The notes: a model not told the origin generated them from the letters alone. DNA of 64,000 bases from Negativicutes bacterium (GCA_963665275.2 CAXXIN010000013.1:160001-224000), one strand, 5' to 3'. Counted from the stretch's first letter, positions 40,397-50,273 are shown. Made by a program: numbers and translations.

Positions 40397-41629
40397 TTAT
40401 TTGCCGCTTGCGCTTTCTTTCCAGACCAGCGGCCATTTATCGAAGAAAGTGTTGAAATACAGGAACACCATGAGCAGCGCGAACTGGCCGGCCAGGATTC
40501 CCATGACGGGATAGCCCATTCCCAGATCATTACCCGCAAAAGGCAGGAATTTGTAGACTTGGAGCCAGGCAAACCCAAAGGCGCTGCCGCCCACGACCCA
40601 AATAACCATGCGAGTCAGAATCCGGTTGGCAAGGTTCGGCGCGATATCCACGCCGGGATAATCGTCAAACAGGTGATGCCAGCAGAGCAGGAACACGATC
40701 ATGGACAGTTCCAGCGAAGCGGCGGTAATCAGCGGATTGACGCCAGGATTAATATTGAACGCCCCGATCATCGCGACATAGAACCGAGGCATCAGGAAGC
40801 CGCCGCAAACCAGAGCGATCACCACGCCGGAGAGCCCCATCCAAGGCTGTTTCGCCGTGATGGCTTTGTAGGGATAACCCTCGCCGCCTTCAGCGGGCAT
40901 CAAAAACCAGAAAATAAACCCTTGACAGAAAGCCAGCACTGCCGGCCAGGAGCCGAGCGGTTGGCTCGTGATCGCATGACCGCCCATCTGTAGTGGAAAG
41001 AAGCTCGGAATGAACATGCCGACCCAAACGAGCAGGGCGACAAATGAGCTTGTCATCATGACGGCGGCCCCGTCATAGGGCGGTTTCAGCATCCCAGCCC
41101 AAGGTTTCTTCCCAAACAGGGATACGAAAGGGATCTGGGCGATGATCACCGGCAAAACATAGAAGTTGGAAGCTTCCCAGCCTTCGATGGCCAAGTGGAC
41201 ATCGGCTGCGGTCTGGGGCGAGAACATCAGCGACAGGCTGAACGGTTTCCACCACAGTCCGATGAAGGAAACGACGATCAGATAGGCGGCGCTGCCGCAG
41301 ACAAAACTGAGGAAAGTATACCAAATTCCGGCTTTGGGTTGCAGTTCGCCGCATTTGTATTTGGCGTAGTTGCCGAAGATAAGGGTCTGCCAAATCCAGG
41401 CATTGATACTGCACCAGAAAAATGTTCCTTCAGCGAAAACCGCGATAAACTTGCTGGAGGTCTTGGCATCGACAAGGGCAAGGCCTTTGGCTGCAGTAGC
41501 CGAAATAATCGCTTTGGCGGCAAAGGCCCAAATCGGCCAGTAAACCATCGCGTATAGGAAGCAGAGGATCACGCCTACGATACCGGTGGTCAGTTTGCTG
41601 TCAAACTTTCTGCGAACGATGTATTCCAC
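40397..41629 (-). CDS. Uncharacterised polytopic membrane protein, putative transporter
   Basis: About 11-12 hydrophobic segments with repeated F..(W/Y)P and QP..G motifs; last gene of the catabolic operon. Confidence 0.7.
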   Translation of the reverse strand: MEYIVRRKFDSKLTTGIVGVILCFLYAMVYWPIWAFAAKAIISATAAKGLALVDAKTSSKFIAVFAEGTFFWCSINAWIWQTLIFGNYAKYKCGELQPKAGIWYTFLSFVCGSAAYLIVVSFIGLWWKPFSLSLMFSPQTAADVHLAIEGWEASNFYVLPVIIAQIPFVSLFGKKPWAGMLKPPYDGAAVMMTSSFVALLVWVGMFIPSFFPLQMGGHAITSQPLGSWPAVLAFCQGFIFWFLMPAEGGEGYPYKAITAKQPWMGLSGVVIALVCGGFLMPRFYVAMIGAFNINPGVNPLITAASLELSMIVFLLCWHHLFDDYPGVDIAPNLANRILTRMVIWVVGGSAFGFAWLQVYKFLPFAGNDLGMGYPVMGILAGQFALLMVFLYFNTFFDKWPLVWKESASGK

Positions 41630-41648
41630 GCTTCATTTCTCCTTTATT

Positions 41649-42797
41649 CTAGCCTGTTGGTTTGGTTGCGTATTTTCGTGCGACCGCGCCGCCCACGACC
41701 ATCTTCAGCACTTCCGAGGCACCCACGCCGATATCCATCAAGCGGGCATCGCGGGCGTAACGTTCCACCGGATTTTGCTTCATGTAGCCATGTCCGCCGA
41801 AGATCTGGACCGCCTTATGGCAGATCTCTTCCGCCGCGCGGGCGGTATGAATCTTGGCGACGGAGGTCTCCAAGGAATAGTCCCGGCCGGAGTCGCGCAG
41901 CGCGGCTGTCGAGTTGACGACGAGCCGGGTGCTCTCCAGCGCCACATACATGTCGGCAAGCATTTCCTGCACGGCAAACAGCGCCGTCAGCGGCTTACCG
42001 AAAGCCACGCGTTTATTCGCATAGTCCGCTGCGCTCTCCAGCGCGGCTTCGGCGATACCAAGACCCATGGACGCCATGCCCAGCCGTCCGCCGGTCAGGC
42101 CGTACATCGCCAGCTTGAATCCTTCATCCACAGCTCCGAGCAGATTCTCGCCCGGCACGAAGCAGTTCTCAAACACGAGTCCGGTAGTCACCGAACTACG
42201 GCACCCCATCTTTTCCTCGCAGCGGCCAATGGAAAATCCGTGCGCGCCTTTCTCGATGATGAACAGGCTGATTCCCTTGGCGCCTGCCTGTGCATTGGTT
42301 TTGAACGCAATCATGTACAAGTCGGCGAGGCCGCCGTTGGTGCAGAAATATTTCGTTCCGTTTAGCAGCCAACCGTCGCCGTCAGGCCGGGCCGAAGCGC
42401 TGATCGCAGCCGCATCGGAGCCGGCATGTCCCTCGCTGATCGTGAAGGCTGCGATGTGCTGCCCGGCGAGAAGTTTCGCCAAATATTTCTGTTTTTGTCC
42501 GTCTGTGCCGAACTTGAGTAGGACATCGACGGCCATATAGTGAACATGCAGGGTCAGGGCGACGCCGGCGCTGGCCTTGGCCAGCTCGGCGAGCGCCTGG
42601 TGGGTGGCGACTGAATCCAAGCCGCCCCCGCCACATTCCACCGGATAGTTCAATCCGAACAGTCCGGCCTCCCGCATGTCTCCCAACAATTCCTCCGGGA
42701 ATCGTCCCTGGACGTCCAGGTCCCGGGCAATTGGCTTCAGTTTTTGCGCTGCGAATAGCTTGACACTACCCAGCACCGCTTCTGCCGTTTGAGCCAC
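41649..42797 (-). CDS. Acyl-CoA dehydrogenase family protein lacking the canonical catalytic Glu
   Basis: FTISEGHAGSD, NGTKYFCTNG, EKMGCR, RVAFGKP, QIFGGHGY, RDARLMDIGVGASEV. Confidence 0.9.
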   Translation of the reverse strand: MAQTAEAVLGSVKLFAAQKLKPIARDLDVQGRFPEELLGDMREAGLFGLNYPVECGGGGLDSVATHQALAELAKASAGVALTLHVHYMAVDVLLKFGTDGQKQKYLAKLLAGQHIAAFTISEGHAGSDAAAISASARPDGDGWLLNGTKYFCTNGGLADLYMIAFKTNAQAGAKGISLFIIEKGAHGFSIGRCEEKMGCRSSVTTGLVFENCFVPGENLLGAVDEGFKLAMYGLTGGRLGMASMGLGIAEAALESAADYANKRVAFGKPLTALFAVQEMLADMYVALESTRLVVNSTAALRDSGRDYSLETSVAKIHTARAAEEICHKAVQIFGGHGYMKQNPVERYARDARLMDIGVGASEVLKMVVGGAVARKYATKPTG

Positions 42798-42815
42798 AGT
42801 AGAATCCCCTCCCGT

Positions 42816-43478
42816 TCAGTCCAGTTTCATTTCACAAAACGTATCCGCTATAATGAAGTCCGCGTCGGTGAGGCGCTGAATTTCTTCAAGCGTCACACCC
42901 GGCGCATGCTCTTTGAGAATGAGGACGCCGTCGCCTACTCCGAACACCGCTTTATCTGTGATGATCGTGCTGACGCAGTTTTTGCCGGTCAGCGGCAAGG
43001 TGCATTTCTTCATGATCTTGGATTCGCCGCTCTTGTCGGCATGCATCAGGCAAGCAATGACTTTCTTGGTGCCGTAGCACAGATCCATCGCTCCGCCGAT
43101 GCCGGGCCACCATTTTCCATTGCGGTTGACGGCCCAGTTGGCGATATTACCCAGTTGGTCAACTTCCAACGCGCCCAGGATGGTAACATCCAACAGCCCG
43201 CTGCGCATTGCGCCGAGCGAAGTCGCCAGATCCATAATCGCAGCTCCCGGGGCCAACGTCACCGGTTCCGATCCGGCATTAGTCATGTCGGCTGTTGCGG
43301 CCGAAGCCGTAGGTTTGGGGCCGACGCCGAAAACTCCATTCTCGGCATGAAACATAACTTTAACGCCTTCCGGCAGATAATTCGACGCCTGGGTCGGCAT
43401 TCCGAAGCCCAGATTTACCAGTTGACCATTTTCCAATTCCATGGCGGCGCGTTTGGCGATGAGCACTCTTGCATCCAT
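42816..43478 (-). CDS. Family I CoA-transferase beta subunit (AtoA/ScoB-like)
   Basis: VNLGFGMP, HAENG catalytic Glu, LGALEVD, GIGGAMDL, CTLPLTG. Confidence 0.92.
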   Translation of the reverse strand: MDARVLIAKRAAMELENGQLVNLGFGMPTQASNYLPEGVKVMFHAENGVFGVGPKPTASAATADMTNAGSEPVTLAPGAAIMDLATSLGAMRSGLLDVTILGALEVDQLGNIANWAVNRNGKWWPGIGGAMDLCYGTKKVIACLMHADKSGESKIMKKCTLPLTGKNCVSTIITDKAVFGVGDGVLILKEHAPGVTLEEIQRLTDADFIIADTFCEMKLD

Positions 43479-43505
43479 CTGTGATTCCTCCTCCAGTCTT
43501 TCCTC

Positions 43506-44267
43506 TTATTTCTCGGGAGCCAGTTTGCCGATTTTCAGCCAATGTTGACGGTAACGATCATCATGTTCCGCCAGACTCAGGCCCTTGACGACTGCCTGGA
43601 CGAATGGCGCAGGCGTTCCGACGCGTTCCGGCGGAATCGTTCCGACCGGCACGATCTCTTCCACTTCAGCAATTGTATAATCGCACGCCATCGCAACCAT
43701 GGCATTGCAGTTCATGCTGGTCAGACGATATTCGAGGTTCCCCATTTCATCGGCGCGCCATGCTTTGACGAGTCCGACCGGCGCACGCAGGGGGGGCTCG
43801 ACGAAGCATTTGATTCCGTTAACTTCGATGACGACTTTCGGTTCTTTCAAATCCGCGAACAAGCCGGGTTCGTCGAGAATACCAACGCCGACGGGAATCA
43901 GCGCACCGCCGAGGCCCATGGCTCCAGCCCGAACTTTTTCGATCCAGGTTCCCATTGGATAGAATTGCTCGACTTTCAGGTTGCCCTTCAGATATTCATC
44001 CGTAGACTCCTGCGTCGTGCCGACATGGGAAGAAATGATTTCCTTCACCAGCCCGTTCTTGTACAGCATGGCCCGGCCGAATCCGCCGAGGCCCGGTTCA
44101 TTTGTGATCAGTGTGATCCCGGAAATTTGGTTCTGGATCAGCCAGTCGATGCAACAGGTGGGTTCGCCCGCACCGACAAAACCTCCCATCATAATGACCG
44201 AATCCGTCTTGGGAATTACTGCCAGAGCTTCATCCAGCGTTTTGAGTTTATTCTCGAACTTGGACAT
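43506..44267 (-). CDS. Family I CoA-transferase alpha subunit (AtoD/ScoA-like)
   Basis: GGFVGAGEP, PMGTWIEKVRAG, KAWRADEMGNL. Confidence 0.9.
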   Translation of the reverse strand: MSKFENKLKTLDEALAVIPKTDSVIMMGGFVGAGEPTCCIDWLIQNQISGITLITNEPGLGGFGRAMLYKNGLVKEIISSHVGTTQESTDEYLKGNLKVEQFYPMGTWIEKVRAGAMGLGGALIPVGVGILDEPGLFADLKEPKVVIEVNGIKCFVEPPLRAPVGLVKAWRADEMGNLEYRLTSMNCNAMVAMACDYTIAEVEEIVPVGTIPPERVGTPAPFVQAVVKGLSLAEHDDRYRQHWLKIGKLAPEK

Positions 44268-44337
44268 TAATTTTTCCCCCTTTTCGCTTGCTTCAAGTCT
44301 GCCGATTACTGATGGCCATCAGTTGCCCACTACCAAT

Positions 44338-44354
44338 TGCAAGTATCGTGCCAA
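44338..44354 (-). promoter_or_regulatory. Sigma54 promoter of the CoA-transferase operon
   Basis: tTGGCACGATACTTGCA. Confidence 0.88.
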
Positions 44355-44393
44355 TTTACCTCAATTGTCTGAAAAGCCTCATTTTACAAGGAA

Positions 44394-44432
44394 AAGGAGA
44401 GGTGTCCACCCGTCAGGGTGGAGCCTCTCCTT
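44394..44432 (-). terminator. Terminator of the sigma54 activator gene
   Basis: aaggagagg..tccaccc/gggtgga.cctctcctt stem. Confidence 0.7.
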
Positions 44433-44433
44433 C

Positions 44434-44469
44434 CGTAGCCTACCGCAACACCTGTCGCTTTCGCGGACA
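44434..44469. promoter_or_regulatory. Putative enhancer pair (TGT-N11-ACA type, 19-bp period)
   Basis: cgtagcctaccgcaaca and tgtcgctttcgcggaca; same arrangement at 45937-45972. Confidence 0.5.
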
Positions 44470-44470
44470 G

Positions 44471-45841
44471 TTAGCCGAGATTGTAGCGTTCCAATTTCTT
44501 ATATAACACGGACCGTTGCATATTGAGAACGCGGGCGGCCTGCGCCTTGTTCCCGCTAGATTTCATCAACGCATTCTGAATCAGGCTTTTTTCCGCTTCT
44601 TCGATCGTCCCCTTCAAGCCATTGAAATTCAGAGTTACCGGGCGCGCCCGGGTTTCCGACTGCCAGGGCGGATTGGGAATAGCCCGCACATCCACGATTT
44701 GGTCGGCGCTCCAGTTGATCGCCTGTTCCAGCAGATTCTCGAGTTCCCGTACATTACCCGGCCAATTGTACTGTTGCATGATGGTGAGCGATTCCGGCGT
44801 TACGGTCCGAGCATCCGAACCGATGCGTTGATTGATCTTGAGAATGAGCCCCTGCAGCAGCATCGGCAAATCATCCAAGCGGTCCCGCAAGGGGGGCATC
44901 TCAATCTGCAGCACATTCAGCCGGTAATATAAATCCTGACGGAATTTATTCTGCGCCACGAGTCGACCGAGATCCTGATTGGTTGAAGCCATGACCCGCA
45001 CGTCAATCTGGGTCGGGGCTGTCGCCCCCACGCGCCATACCGCCCTCTCCTGCAGCACCCGCAGCAATTTCACCTGCATATAAGAGGGCATGTCGCCGAT
45101 CTCATCGAGCAGGATCGTGCCGCCGTCGGCCAACTCGAACTTGCCTGGTTTGCCGCTGCGTTTGGCGCCGGTGAACGCACCTTCCACGTAGCCGAACAGT
45201 TCGGACTCCAGCAGATTTTCCGGAATCGCCGCGCAGTTCACGCTGACGAAGGGCCGTTCACGCCGGACGGACCGGGTATGGATGGCCTGGGCGATGACTT
45301 CCTTGCCTGTGCCGCTCTCCCCGGTGATCAAGAGAGTCGAGCTGGTGCGCGACGCCCTGCGGGCCAGCTTCTTGACATACAGCATCGGCGTCGTTTCGCC
45401 GATAATATTCTGGCAGGTGCAGAGAGTCTGCGGCTGACAATTGCCCAAACGACTGGAGTGCCAGACTTTATTGGCAATCTCCTTGGCAATGGTCTGATCG
45501 GGGAAAATCGTCTTCACGATGGCGCCGACTACTTTACCCTCTTCCTTGATCGGGAATCGAGCCACGAGCAATTCATGCCCGTTGACCAAAATCGTATCGC
45601 CCCAAAGAGAATAGCCCTGAACCACCGTGTCGAACAGGGAGGTTCCAGGCAGTGCGTCCCAGACCTTGCGGCCCAAAAGTTCCGGCTGCGTCAGCCCCAA
45701 CATATCCGCGAAAAAATTATTGACGAAGAAAATCGCGCCAGCCTCGTCGAACGACAGAATTCCCTCGAACGGAGTATCCATCGCCAGTTTCATGCGGTGA
45801 TCCAGATTGAATTCGTTGTGACTCGCTACAATGGCTCCCAT
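44471..45841 (-). CDS. PAS-domain sigma54 enhancer-binding protein
   Basis: PAS, GESGTGKE, GAFTGA, WPGNVREL, Fis HTH. Confidence 0.93.
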   Translation of the reverse strand: MGAIVASHNEFNLDHRMKLAMDTPFEGILSFDEAGAIFFVNNFFADMLGLTQPELLGRKVWDALPGTSLFDTVVQGYSLWGDTILVNGHELLVARFPIKEEGKVVGAIVKTIFPDQTIAKEIANKVWHSSRLGNCQPQTLCTCQNIIGETTPMLYVKKLARRASRTSSTLLITGESGTGKEVIAQAIHTRSVRRERPFVSVNCAAIPENLLESELFGYVEGAFTGAKRSGKPGKFELADGGTILLDEIGDMPSYMQVKLLRVLQERAVWRVGATAPTQIDVRVMASTNQDLGRLVAQNKFRQDLYYRLNVLQIEMPPLRDRLDDLPMLLQGLILKINQRIGSDARTVTPESLTIMQQYNWPGNVRELENLLEQAINWSADQIVDVRAIPNPPWQSETRARPVTLNFNGLKGTIEEAEKSLIQNALMKSSGNKAQAARVLNMQRSVLYKKLERYNLG

Positions 45842-45878
45842 GCTTACCCCTCCTTGCAGTGTCCCGTATCCCTATCCA

Positions 45879-45895
45879 TGCAAGCAACGTGCCAA
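45879..45895 (-). promoter_or_regulatory. Sigma54 promoter of the activator gene itself
   Basis: tTGGCACGTTGCTTGCA. Confidence 0.8.
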
Positions 45896-45936
45896 GAGCG
45901 AAACGGCTCTAGCAAAGGATTCCTCTCCGTTCATTG

Positions 45937-45972
45937 TGTCTGTTTTTGCTACATGTGTCTTTTTTACGTACA
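45937..45972. promoter_or_regulatory. Putative enhancer pair TGT-N11-ACA x2
   Basis: tgtctgtttttgctaca and tgtcttttttacgtaca. Confidence 0.55.
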
Positions 45973-45974
45973 GT

Positions 45975-48503
45975 TTATGACCTTTCAATTTTCAAACATA
46001 CCCCCGTTGCATCGTCACGCAGTTCACCGTTCTCCGCCAGTCCCACCAGCGACGCCATGTCCGCATCAAAATCCTTACCGCCCGGCGACCAGAAGTTTCG
46101 ATTCTCCGCTTGTGACAATGCATCAGAAAAACCATCCGTAAGAAAATGAAAAGTGTCGCCGGGCGATATGGGCAAAACACCCGTTATGAACTTCGGATCA
46201 TCCCACATCCCGACGAACATGCCCGGTGTTTCAATCTTCTGTCCGTTAGCAAAAAACTGCGTTATCCCGGCCCCGACATACCGTAGTTCCTTCAGGAACA
46301 AATCCAGCTCAAAACCCAACAATGCGGCGTAGGAACCCTCGGTGAAACATCGGGCCGCGCGAGCATTGATGCGCTTCATTTGTCCATGCAGCGATAACTT
46401 GGATGTCGCAGCCTCCCGCAGCAATACGCTGAAGGATGCCGTCTGAAGTGCCGTGGCCAGTCCGTGCCCGGACACGTCGACGAGGTAGCCGCGCAACAAA
46501 GTCCCTTCATTGAGCCACCCCAAGTGATAGGAGTCGCCACTCACGAAATGGGAAGGGTAATAGAGAGTTCGGACAGCTACCAAAGGTGAAACAGGCAGTT
46601 CCGTCAACAGTGCCCGCTGTACCTGACGGGCGACCTCGACATCCCGGGCCAGCTCGGCGCTGCGGCGGCGTTCCTCTGCCGTGTCGCGCAGGCTGGCCAG
46701 CAAATACTTCCGGCCGTCAATGTTGATGGTGGTCCCTGCACGTTCCACACATATCAGCGTACCGTTTTTGTGACGATAGGTCCTGGCTTCAGTTGGCAGG
46801 ACACGTTGCGTTCCTGCTAACAGAGAAGTGTAGAGTCTATCTATGTTCGACCGTAGATCCATCGCAATTTCATTCACGCAAAGAGGAGCATCCGCCGGCA
46901 GGAAATAGCCAAGCAACTCGTTAAACCGGTGATTGACCTCCACGATTTCCCGGGTCTCGAGATCTATCAACGCCAAGGCTTCGAAGGACTGCTCAATGAG
47001 TGCGTGATAGCGGGTCTGGCTGGATTGCAGTGCGGTCTCCACCCTTTTGCGGGCCTCAATGTCATGCAATATACCGATGATGGAAACAAACTTGCCCTCA
47101 GCATCACGAACAGGTTTGGCGCTTGAGATATACCACCGCCATTCTCCGCTCGCTTGACGCACACGGATTTCGACCCCATTGTGCTTCTCTCCGGTTAGAA
47201 CCATTTGATTGAAAACTGCGAGGCAATCGGCCTGATCGCTGGGATGCACAAAATCAGTGAACTGCTGGCCGATGATCGCACTACGCCCATGGCCCAACAC
47301 TTCCGTCCAGTTGGGGGACACATAGGTGGCCACGCCTTCCGGTGTAATTGAGTAAACAATATCATTAACATTTTCCACGAGCGTTCGAAAGCGTGCTTCG
47401 CTAGCGGTCAGAGCAGTCTGCATCTGCTTGCGTTCAATTGCCAGAGAAACCTGAGCGGCGATGATGGAAAGAACTTCGGAGTCTTCCTTCTGGAAAGTTT
47501 GGGTTGCACCCAGCAGGACCAACGAAATCACTCCAAAAGGCGTCCCTTGGGAGTCCGTCAGTGGCGCCCCCAGATATTCCTGAACCTTAGCCGTTTGGCC
47601 TTCCGTCAACACATACTCGCCCTTATCGCGCAACCGGGCCATATCGGAGCCTGTCAGGTGGACGGTTCGGCCCAGTCGCAGGACATATTCCGTAAAACCC
47701 CTGGCAATCGGTCGCCGCACCGGAATGTCATCCGCCGCATCAGCGCGAAAGGCCACCACGATTTCACTCGAGGCATCATCCAGAAGACTGATGAGAAAGT
47801 GCTCGGCCGACAACACCCGCACCACCAGCAGATGCACCACTTTATAAAGATCGTCCAGCGACAACACGATCGCGGCCTCGGCAATTTCCCTCAGGATAGT
47901 CTGCATTTCGATGCTGCGTTGTTGCGCTTCTTCTATCTGTTTGCGTTGGGTAATATCGATTGCCATTGCGCGAACCACAGGTACTCCATCGAGTTCCTGC
48001 GCCAAATTCATTTCCAGACGTATCCAAAACCGAGCGCCGCTATTTCCCACCAAACGCAGTTCGCAGGTGGAGGGTACGCTGGTTTCGAACAACTTCCTGT
48101 ATTGAAGATAATAGAGATCTTGATCGTTATGAAAGACAAATTGGTGCAATGGCTTATTAAGCAACTCCGCCTTCGCCAACCCCAACATGGTCGCGAAAGT
48201 AAGATTGGCTTCGATGATCGACCCTTGAACACTCAGCAAAAAATAACCGACCGGGGCCAAATCATACAAGTCAAAGTACCGGTCCCGGCCACCATGAAGC
48301 TCCTCTTGCGCATGCCGCAGAGCCTCGTTCTGCATTTCCAGCTCGAGCTGGTGAACGCGCAGTTCGTGCAGCAATTTCCAGGCCGCTTCCGGCGAAAGCG
48401 CCTCCATCATTTCCGGCGCCTGCCTGATGCTTTCCCTGTCGATATCCTCTGCCCGCTGTCTCAGTTGACGCGCATCGAACCCGTCTTGCTTCCGTGATCG
48501 CAT
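45975..48503 (-). CDS. PAS-GAF-PAS-PAS SpoIIE/PP2C (RsbU-like) phosphatase
   Basis: ELRVHQLELEMQNE coiled coil; VSGD, DVSGHG, LTDG, DDAT metal-binding motifs. Confidence 0.9.
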   Translation of the reverse strand: MRSRKQDGFDARQLRQRAEDIDRESIRQAPEMMEALSPEAAWKLLHELRVHQLELEMQNEALRHAQEELHGGRDRYFDLYDLAPVGYFLLSVQGSIIEANLTFATMLGLAKAELLNKPLHQFVFHNDQDLYYLQYRKLFETSVPSTCELRLVGNSGARFWIRLEMNLAQELDGVPVVRAMAIDITQRKQIEEAQQRSIEMQTILREIAEAAIVLSLDDLYKVVHLLVVRVLSAEHFLISLLDDASSEIVVAFRADAADDIPVRRPIARGFTEYVLRLGRTVHLTGSDMARLRDKGEYVLTEGQTAKVQEYLGAPLTDSQGTPFGVISLVLLGATQTFQKEDSEVLSIIAAQVSLAIERKQMQTALTASEARFRTLVENVNDIVYSITPEGVATYVSPNWTEVLGHGRSAIIGQQFTDFVHPSDQADCLAVFNQMVLTGEKHNGVEIRVRQASGEWRWYISSAKPVRDAEGKFVSIIGILHDIEARKRVETALQSSQTRYHALIEQSFEALALIDLETREIVEVNHRFNELLGYFLPADAPLCVNEIAMDLRSNIDRLYTSLLAGTQRVLPTEARTYRHKNGTLICVERAGTTINIDGRKYLLASLRDTAEERRRSAELARDVEVARQVQRALLTELPVSPLVAVRTLYYPSHFVSGDSYHLGWLNEGTLLRGYLVDVSGHGLATALQTASFSVLLREAATSKLSLHGQMKRINARAARCFTEGSYAALLGFELDLFLKELRYVGAGITQFFANGQKIETPGMFVGMWDDPKFITGVLPISPGDTFHFLTDGFSDALSQAENRNFWSPGGKDFDADMASLVGLAENGELRDDATGVCLKIERS

Positions 48504-48562
48504 CGCACAGCGCCCCCAAACCCAAAGTTTTAGACACGGAAAAGTGCTTCTGATTGTATAAA

Positions 48563-48587
48563 ATTCCCGGCAGGTTTACGAATTCCT
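48563..48587 (-). promoter_or_regulatory. SigH-like promoter
   Basis: AGGAATT-N12-ggGAAT. Confidence 0.6.
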
Positions 48588-48617
48588 GCCAATTTTCGGA
48601 ATAATAAGCGCGGAACT

Positions 48618-49628
48618 CTATTTGCTAAGCAACTTCCCGATATTCTTGAGCGATATCGACAGCGTGCCGTCGGGATTGTTGATGAACTCCACAAAGTCCT
48701 TGTTTTGAAAATAGTCCACCGGAATGGAAATCTCGATGCCGGTATCCGTTTTGATCTTATGGGTCTTGCCTGTGCGCACCGCCAGATTACGGTCAATTTT
48801 GACCGCCCCGGCGATCCCGGCCTGATCGACTTGCTGCTGATACTCCTGTTGCATGAGCGGTGAGGCCGCGAACACCTCTTTCCCCAGCTCCACCGGATCG
48901 AGATACTCCGACACTTCCGTATTCTCGATGATGAAGGTCTTGGCCCGGGACACCGCGATACCCGAATTCTCGCCGTGCTCTTCCGCCACCTTGCGGGTAA
49001 TGGCCGTCACCTTCTTGATCGTATCTTTCTGTGAGATGCGGGAGCTGCACTCCAGCACCAGTTCCGGCAACACATAGACCTCCTGCCCGTCAATCGAACA
49101 CTTCTTGTCCACGAAGCGAATCTCCTGCGAATCCACCCCGACGAACGCATATTCATCCAATTTTTGCGACGGATTCGGCAGAATCGCGTAATGATTGATG
49201 ATTTGGTTGCGGATGCCGGTTCCCTCCTGCGCCACTTGGTGCGTGTACCCGATCCGGTTGTTGCATTTCAGGATCGCGAGCACTCGCTCCCCATTCGCTG
49301 TAATGTCGCAAATCAGAACATCCGCCGACACCTGGTTATCCGAGCGGGCAATCGCTTCATACATGGTCCCGGCAATCTGGCCGGAAAATTCAACGAACCC
49401 GAGTTCGCCGGCGGCATAAGCAGCCAATTGCGGCTGCAACCGGCTGACCTCGCTAAACGCTCCATGTTTCAAGCCGGAGTCCTCATAGGATTTTTCCAGG
49501 TGCTTCATCAGAAAATCGAACACCCCACTGCTGCCCAGCTCCAGTTCCTGCTCGGAAAAAACGGTCAAATTCGAGTTAAAATCCAATATGTGCAAAATCG
49601 CTTTATTAATGTTGATCAAGGTTTCCAT
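48618..49628 (-). CDS. Nucleoid-associated protein (NA37/YejK-like)
   Basis: INKAILHILD, LP..SQKLDE.AF, KIKTDTGIEI..P, NPDGTLSI. Confidence 0.85.
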   Translation of the reverse strand: METLININKAILHILDFNSNLTVFSEQELELGSSGVFDFLMKHLEKSYEDSGLKHGAFSEVSRLQPQLAAYAAGELGFVEFSGQIAGTMYEAIARSDNQVSADVLICDITANGERVLAILKCNNRIGYTHQVAQEGTGIRNQIINHYAILPNPSQKLDEYAFVGVDSQEIRFVDKKCSIDGQEVYVLPELVLECSSRISQKDTIKKVTAITRKVAEEHGENSGIAVSRAKTFIIENTEVSEYLDPVELGKEVFAASPLMQQEYQQQVDQAGIAGAVKIDRNLAVRTGKTHKIKTDTGIEISIPVDYFQNKDFVEFINNPDGTLSISLKNIGKLLSK

Positions 49629-49798
49629 GTTTTATTTTCCTCCAGGTTCTAAGCCCATGTCCAATTGGCGCGAGGCTTTTTTCGTCAGTTCGTTCTGCTC
49701 ATTGAAAATAGTATATCATTTCTCCGTCCGGTTCTGAACTGAAAAAAGGCTCGCCGCTTTTTATTCGGAGAGCCTGCAGCCTGTATTGAACTTCTGAC

Positions 49799-50041
49799 TT
49801 ACTGTCGAGAACTTGGAAAGATGCTCTCTAACGATTTTGTGTAAACTTTTCCCGCCACCCCGATGACAAACTGGCAATCCAAACTCTTGCAGGTAGAGCA
49901 ACCGCTGCAATACTTTGTGAGTATCTCGCTAGCATCCGCCTTTCCGTCTTCGGTAAGATAATATGCCGATATTTGTTGGGCCACTTCTTTTGCGACCAAA
50001 GAACATTGGATGATTCGATTAACAGTGATTGTCTCGCGCAT
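49799..50041 (-). CDS. Small Cys-rich hypothetical protein (80 aa)
   Basis: ATG 50041 after aggggg; CSGCSTC....C cluster. Confidence 0.55.
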   Translation of the reverse strand: MRETITVNRIIQCSLVAKEVAQQISAYYLTEDGKADASEILTKYCSGCSTCKSLDCQFVIGVAGKVYTKSLESIFPSSRQ

Positions 50042-50090
50042 CGACAAGCCCCCTGATATAAATTTTCCCCGTTGAGGATCATAAAGAATT

Positions 50091-50273
50091 TTATCCAAGT
50101 ACGCAGTCTTCGCGCCAACGGCATTTTTCCTGGTCACAGTTATCCCCACCCTTGCCAAAGCAGGGTGTATTGTTCTCCTGTACTTGAATTGCGTGGATCA
50201 GCTCCGTTTTATTCATCTTTCCCAGGCGGATTTCCATTTTCCTGGCAATCTCTTTCACTTCCGGAAGCTTCAC
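50091..50273 (-). CDS. SAP/Rho_N-like small protein with Cys-rich tail
   Basis: RBS gaggag; KMNKTELIHAIQ..E.N.PCFG...CDQ..CRWREDC. Confidence 0.8.
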   Translation of the reverse strand: MKLPEVKEIARKMEIRLGKMNKTELIHAIQVQENNTPCFGKGGDNCDQEKCRWREDCVLG

